Assembly (NCBI GenBank): GCA_951406725.2
Contig: OX597824.1
Coordinates: forward strand, 11,284,001 to 11,348,000
Reading direction: 5' to 3'
From: Octopus vulgaris
Lineage: Eukaryota
DNA: 64,000 bases
Shown here: in pieces, positions 56,641 through 64,000 of the stretch
How the letters are laid out: every line of letters begins with the position of its first letter
Numbering within the stretch: the first letter of the stretch is position 1
Notes under the pieces: generated by a model
Databases searched by the model: none
Told to the model about the DNA's origin: nothing
What the model saw: only the letters and a program-made list of their open reading frames with translations
Made by a program: the position numbers and the translations under genes

Positions 56641-56690
56641 CACATATATGGATACATGTATCTACATATATATGTATGTGTGTGTATGTA

Positions 56691-56731
<41 letters not shown>

Positions 56732-56976
56732 GTATATATGGGTGTGTTTGTCGAGTGTGTGTGTGCATAGACATACCATGCACACATATATACACATATA
56801 CATACATACACATACAGATACTTACATGCATATACACATATGTATACATATATCTATTCATGTATTTTATACACACACACCCTAACACACACAAAGACAC
56901 ATATATTTTTATATGTGCATACATATATATATATATATATGTATGTATATATATATATATATATATATGATATATA

Positions 56977-57058
<82 letters not shown>
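56585..57058. repeat. (TA)n-rich compound microsatellite
   Basis: Read directly from the sequence. Confidence 0.92.
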
Positions 57059-57748
57059 CGTTAAAGAAGCATATATGACACTGTTCACCAATAACATAAT
57101 GTCAGAACTGAACATTGCTTGCCCAGCTGACTAACCTCGGTATGTGATGCGGTGTGATGCTACAAAACGATTTCGTCTGACGTAAACATTCTTGGCAACT
57201 AAAGTTAGCGGCTTAATAAAGCGCTGGCACAACAGATATTTATAGAAAAAGGAAATAAAGGAGTTTTTGCCGCATCATAAATGGAAGTGTGTAATAAAAG
57301 AAATAATTGATAACTCTAAAGATACTTGTCTCTCGTGGCTCTCCACTCAAGCCTGTTTTAGAAACGGCCACTCAACGATGTTCTGCAAATATTTTCCATC
57401 TGAATGGCTTCCAGGCCAGATTTAGAAATTATTATAAAAGGAATTTTAGTCAAACAAAAAAAGCTAAGCTCAGGAGGCCTTTTCTTTTTCTTTTTTAATT
57501 ATTTCTCTTTTTCTTTTCTGTTTTCTTTTCTTATTTTTTTTATTTTTATCTGCCTCTGTTGATGAAATATAAATATTTTGATCAAATATAGCTTTGGTGT
57601 TAACAGGTAGTTTATTGTTGAGATCCACTGGATAAATATAACACTATGAGAACAGGTAGCTTTGTGTTACTATCCATTGTATAAATAAGGTAACCTTAGT
57701 GTAACGAGTTGTGCCCATAGAGCAAATATGATCATTCTAGTATGATAT

Positions 57749-57799
<51 letters not shown>

Positions 57800-57925
57800 C
57801 TGGCCTGCTCGCTTAGCCAGCGGGGTGGTGTCATTTGAAGACTAAAACAATGCAAAGCGCATTGTGACCAGCGATGTGTAGCAACATCTGATAGCCTGGT
57901 CGGTCATGGTGATCACGGTGATATA

Positions 57926-57996
<71 letters not shown>

Positions 57997-58298
57997 TTGA
58001 TAGACACACGCATGCACACACACACACACACACATACATACATACATACATACACACATATATATGTGTGTATTCTTTTATTCTTTTACATGCTTCGGTC
58101 ATTTGGCTGCAGCCATGCTGGAGCACTGGCTTAAAGGGTTTCGGACAAAGAAATTGATCCCAGGATTTATTCTTTGTAAGCCTAGTACTTATCCTAATGG
58201 TCTCTTTTGCTGAGCTGCTAAGTTATGGGGATATAAGCACACCAACGTCGGTTGTCAAGCAATGGCAGGGGGATAAACACAGACACAAAGACACACAA

Positions 58299-58841
<543 letters not shown>

Positions 58842-58870
58842 CAGTGCTGAGATCAAATCCTATTATTTGC

Positions 58871-59085
58871 AGGAGTGGCTGTGTGGTAAGTAGGTTCCTT
58901 TCTTTGTAAGGCCCTTGTGGCCAATTGAATGAATAAAAGTAGCTTGTTTACCAACCACATGGTTCCGGGTTCAGTCCCACTGCGTGGTACCTTGGGCAAA
59001 TGTCTTCTACTACAGCCTCGGGCCGACCAAAGCCTTGTGAGTGGATTTGGTAGACAGAAACTGAAAGAAGCCCGTTGTATATATG

Positions 59086-59123
<38 letters not shown>

Positions 59124-59338
59124 TGTTTATGTGTCTGTGTTTGTCCCCTCAACAACGCTTGACAACCGATGCTGGTGTGTTTACGTCCCCCGTAACCTAG
59201 CAGTTTGGCAAAAGAGACCGATAGAATAAGTACTAGGCTTACAAAGAATAAGTCCTGGGGTCGATTTCCTCAACTAAAGGCGGTGCTCCAGCATGGCCGC
59301 AGTCAAATGACTGAAACAAGCAAAAGAGTAAAAGAGAG
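58871..59338 (+). mobile_element. SINE family A
   Basis: Consensus match with a ~45-bp insertion in the head. Confidence 0.8.
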
Positions 59339-59339
59339 T

Positions 59340-59605
59340 ATAAGCCACAACATACATAAATCAAAATTGGGTCCCTAGGCCTGTGTGGTCCCTGTGCAGA
59401 TCATTGCACAGGGCCCAATATATTTATTTATTGACCATAAGCCACAACATACATAGAATAAAACTGGGTCCCTAGACCTGTGAGATCCCTGGGAAAAATC
59501 AATGAGCTGAGCCCTATAATATTTAATTATTGATTGCAAGCTATAACATACATAGATCAAAATTGGGTCCCTAGGCTTAGCCCTTGGAAAACTGCCCAGT
59601 GTGCT
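59340..59605. repeat. ~98-bp tandem repeat, ~2.6 diverged units
   Basis: aagccacaacatacata..aaa.tgggtccctag recurs at ~59342, ~59439 and ~59538. Confidence 0.8.
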
Positions 59606-59768
59606 TGTGTCTTTCAGCAGCAGTGTATCTACACTCTGTATGTGCCCATGGGCCAGAGAATATAACAGGGAGAAGGTACTTGTCAGAGTAATTCCATTTC
59701 TTTTGGGGGCTGAGGTTCCTTGATTGGCTGGGTGTGGTTGCTCAGCTACTGGGATGTCTCTTGCCATA

Positions 59769-60305
59769 TCTATTATATAAAATCCGTTCTGTCTGTGTGT
59801 GTGTCTTCTAGGATCTCGGGCATCCTCCATCCGATTGCGCTCAAATTTGATATGTAGATACCGACGGTATCAGGACATGTATAAGTCTTGAAAAAATTAC
59901 AAAAATCGATTCCAGGTGAGAATGCGGTTGATAAAGCCATAAGAATGTGCATTTGTATGCACAAGTACATCAGCTGTTGTGATCGATACTATGCGTACGC
60001 GAGAAAAATGCACGTGCAGTTTGTGCAAAAAAAGCCGGCTGCCTTGGAATAATGCCACAAAATGCAGTATATTTAAGAGACCAAAAAAGTAAGATGCAAA
60101 AGAGATATTTTCTTCAAACTTGGCATGAAGGAAGGAAAGACTATTTCTTTTGCCTTAACTTCATTTAACAAAACTAAAAATTTTATTGAAATAAAGGCAT
60201 GCTTAATTATTTTTTAATGAAAAGAAAACACTGATTGCTTTTTATTCAGCAGATATGATTCGGCACCGTCCATTGGACGGGGCGGGTGGGGGTGCGCTTT
60301 CCTCT
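59769..60305 (+). mobile_element. Non-autonomous Helitron-like element, family H2
   Basis: 5' ~170 bp and the ccgtccattggacgg hairpin are shared with 1158-1721. Confidence 0.6.
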
Positions 60306-61307
60306 TTATTTATATACTTTTGTATTTTTCATGTCTGTTTTGACATAACTGATTCTGCATACACCCCTGCCCTGTTCCCACCGTGCCACTGTTTCTTTAT
60401 AACTTGTCCTTGTAATGTTCCCTCATTCATCGCCCTTGTTGCAAATATCAGAAACCAGCACCACCAACATCACCACCTCCGCCGCCGCCGTCATAATCAT
60501 CATCATCATCATCAGAAGAAGAAGAAGAAGAAGAAGAAAAACAAAAATGGTAAACAGCAGCAAATGGTGTTTGGTGTAATTTGATAGAGAAAATTTCCCC
60601 AATATCTCATCTCATCAAATTTGGTTCATTGATTTATTGGCTGGAAATCAAGAACATTTTCCAATAACCTCTTCCTCTGGCACTATCAGCATCATCATCA
60701 ACACCACCACTACCACTCTCCTCCTCCTCCTTATCATCATCATCATCATCATCATCATCACTAATGTCCTTGTTCATAGTTCTATGTATCTGGTTCTCAC
60801 AGAGATCGGACAAATTTCTTCTACACCCTACATTCTGTTGTTATCATCTCTGGTTACTACGCCCAAGCCTTCTTTCTAGGGGTCACCGACCTTCAAATTA
60901 TAAATTATGCAAACATCAGCTGCTTCTGGTTTCTTTGTTTCCTTTTTTTCTATTTTTTCTTTTTTTTTTTTTTTTTACCTTTTTACTTTCCCCACAGAAT
61001 GGTTTCATCACAGATTCAAAATCACCTTAATTACACAATTCCTTTCACGCTTCCCACCTTCCCTTTCTGCTGCCTGGCTGACACGATTAATACCTGAACA
61101 CCTCTCTTTCTTTCCACCTATCTATCCCCCTCTCTCTTTCCACCATTCCCTCTCTCTCTCTCACTTATTCTCTCCTCCTCTTTCTCTCTCTCTTTCATCC
61201 TTTCCCTGTTTAGGGGAAGCAACACTATCTCTTTCTCTCTCTATAATCGCATGCACACAGCAGTACCATTGCATCTATTAGGAAGAGTAACTAAACTCAA
61301 CAATTAT

Positions 61308-62239
61308 ACTCTTTTACTCTTTTACTTGTTTCAGTCATTTGACTGTGGCCATGCTGGAGCACCGCCTTTAATCGAGCAACTCGACCAGGGACTTATTCTT
61401 CGTAAGCACAGTACTTATTCTATTGGTCTCTTTTGCCAAACTGCTAAGTGACGGGGACATAAACACACCAGCATCGGTTGTCAAGTGATGTCAGGGGAAC
61501 AAACACTGACACACAAACACACACGCACACATACATATATATACATATATACGCCGGGCTTCTTTCAGTTTCCATCTACCAAATCCACTCACAAGGCTTT
61601 GGTCGGCCGGAGGCTATAGTAGAAGACACTTGCCCAAGGTGCCATGCAGTGGGACTGAACCCGGAACCATATGGTTGGTAAACAAGCTACTTACCACACA
61701 GCCACTCCTGCGCCTATATATATATTATATATACATGCATCGCTATATGGTAAGAAGTTTGCTTCCCAACCACATGGTTCTGGGTTCAGGCCCACTGCAT
61801 GGCACCCTGGGCAAGTGTCTACTATGATATCCTCAGGCCAGCCAAAGCCTTGTGAATAGATTTGGTAAATAGAAACTGATAGAAACCTGTTGTGTATGTG
61901 TGTGTCTTTTCTTTTTCTACTCTAGGCACAAGGCCTGAAATTTTGGGGGAGGGGGCCAGTCGATTAGATCGACACCAGTACGCAACTGGTACTTAATTTT
62001 CTACCAACTCGCCACCTGTGTGTGTCTTTTCGTGTGTGTTTGTTCCCCACCCTTACTTGACAACTAGGATTGGTATGTTTAAGTCCCTGTAACTTAGCAG
62101 TTTGGCAAAAGAGGCCAATAGAATAAGAACCAGGCTTTGGAAAAAAAAAAAACTAGGGTTGGTTCATTTGACTAAAAACTCTTCAAGGCTCCAGCATGGC
62201 CATAGTCTAATAACTGAAACATGTAAAAAATAAAAGATA

Positions 62240-62242
<3 letters not shown>
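61308..62242. mobile_element. Head-to-head SINE A pair (61308-61709 minus; 61748-62242 plus, with a small SINE B piece nested)
   Basis: Consensus matches in opposite orientations. Confidence 0.78.
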
Positions 62243-62327
<85 letters not shown>

Positions 62328-62338
62328 GTGCATCGCTT

Positions 62339-62384
<46 letters not shown>

Positions 62385-62871
62385 CAGACAGATAGTACGT
62401 AAGTAAAGTATGATTGATAGGTGTAAGTATGTATTAGTTTGTGTATATATTTATATATGTACACATGTATGTATGTATGTATGTATGTATGTATTTATGT
62501 AAGTACAGCTGGCAAGACAGATAGTTAAACAAACAGATAGACAGACAGAAAGCAAAGAGATCTTGTAAGTTGTGAAAAGCACCAGAAGAGATGTAATAAT
62601 CACTTTTAATTAAGGGTGGGGCAAGAAAAAAAAGCTGTACTGTAACTAATACTGTTATTTTATCGTTGTAGTACTACTGTTTACTGATGTGCTATCATAG
62701 TTTAGTTGTGTGACTATTTCAGTTGGGATAACAGTACAACAGGGTGGCAAAAAACGATTAGATTAGAGATTATCAAAGGTGACTTGAAAAATACTTGGCG
62801 TCAGGAAGGGCATCCAGGTATAAAACATTGTCCCAAAAGACATCTGATGTAACTTATACCGGGTGGAGAAC

Positions 62872-63440
62872 GATGATGATGATGAGGTGAAGGAGCGGGA
62901 AGGGGAAGGGGGAAGGAAGGAGGAGGAGGAGGGGGAAGGAAGGAGGAGGAGGAGGAGGAGGAGGGAGAGAAGAAGAGGAGGAGGAAAGAAGGAAAAGGAA
63001 GAAAAGAGAGGAGAAAAAGAAGGAAGAGGAAGAGAAGGGAGGAGAAAGAGAAGAGGAGGGAAGAGAAATAGAAGGAAGAGGAAGAGAAGTGAAGAGAAGA
63101 GGAAGGGAAGGAAGGGAGGATGAGGAAGAGGAAGAAGAAAAGGAAAGGGGAGGAGAAGGAGGAGGAGGAAAAGAGGATGAAGAAGAGGAGGAGGAGGAAC
63201 GAGTAGGGGTGAAGGAGGAAGAGGGGAGAAGGGAGATGTTGGTAAAGAGGAGGATGATGGTGATGATGATGATGATGGTGATGCTCATGGCAATGATGAT
63301 GACAGCAATAGTAATAATGATGACGACGATGATGCTGGTAGTGTTGATTACAACAGTGATGACAATGATAATGATTGTGATGATGACAACAATGATGGTG
63401 GTGATGATGATGATGACTATAATGATGATAATGATGAGGA
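62872..63440. repeat. Polypurine (GGA/GAA) tract followed by degenerate (GAT)n
   Basis: Read directly from the sequence; the ORFs here are low-complexity artefacts. Confidence 0.9.
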
Positions 63441-64000
63441 TTAACAATTTAGAAGTACATTCACATCATTATTAATTCAACTATCCAGTATTATCCAGCA
63501 AAGAGATTAAGATAATACCACTTTATCTGTTTTTAGCAGTTATTACATATTCAAACACCAAATTCTTTAATGAATTAATGGTTCATCCCTAAATAACTGC
63601 AGGTCATTTTTTGTTAATTTATAAACACATTAGCTAGGGTTGGATGGAGCTACAAATTTAGGTATTTGTGTATCTTTTATCTTTCTTTTACTTGTTTCAG
63701 TCATAGAACTGAAGCCTTGTTGGGACACTACCTTGAAGGAGTTAGTTGAGGAAATTGACCCTAGTATTTATTCACCAGTCTGGTACTTACTCTATCAGTA
63801 TCTTTTGCTGAACTGCTTTGTTATGGGGATGTAAACAAACCAACACCGATTATCAATTAGTTATGGGAAGGACAAACACAAACACAAAGATAAGCATATG
63901 CACACACAGACACACACATACATGTGTGTGTGATGGGCTTCCACACAGTTTCCATCTATGAAATTCACTCACAAAGCATTGATTGGCCTGGGGCTACAGT

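Noticed and set aside
57370-57420. Minus-strand RWKIFA resembling the CAMKMT exon 1 RWKLL motif
   Set aside because: There is no in-frame ATG, there are stops on both sides, and there is no phase-0 donor.

Overview
AT-rich, repeat-dense animal genomic DNA. The SINE, microsatellite and LINE content is what I would expect of a coleoid cephalopod, probably Octopus (inference). The only host gene I can support is calmodulin-lysine N-methyltransferase (CAMKMT) on the minus strand. It has four small coding exons (22179-22001, 9924-9863, 3262-3202, 2004-1950) with canonical splice sites and compatible phases, and none of them is called as a whole by the ORF track. The first coding exon was not found and the later exons lie beyond base 1, so the rest of the window is probably intronic. 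The introns hold tRNA-derived SINEs, RTE, CR1-like and R4/Dong-like LINE fragments, a Tc1 and a mariner fossil, non-autonomous Helitrons and large microsatellites; nearly all long ORFs are microsatellite artefacts. The most interesting signal is a set of three minimal type-I hammerhead ribozymes (30700-30773 +, 54682-54745 -, 58583-58625 +). Each has a different 6-nt palindromic stem III and sits in a small non-coding, (TA)n-associated element with direct or inverted repeat architecture, suggesting a Penelope-like/retrozyme self-cleaving RNA system.
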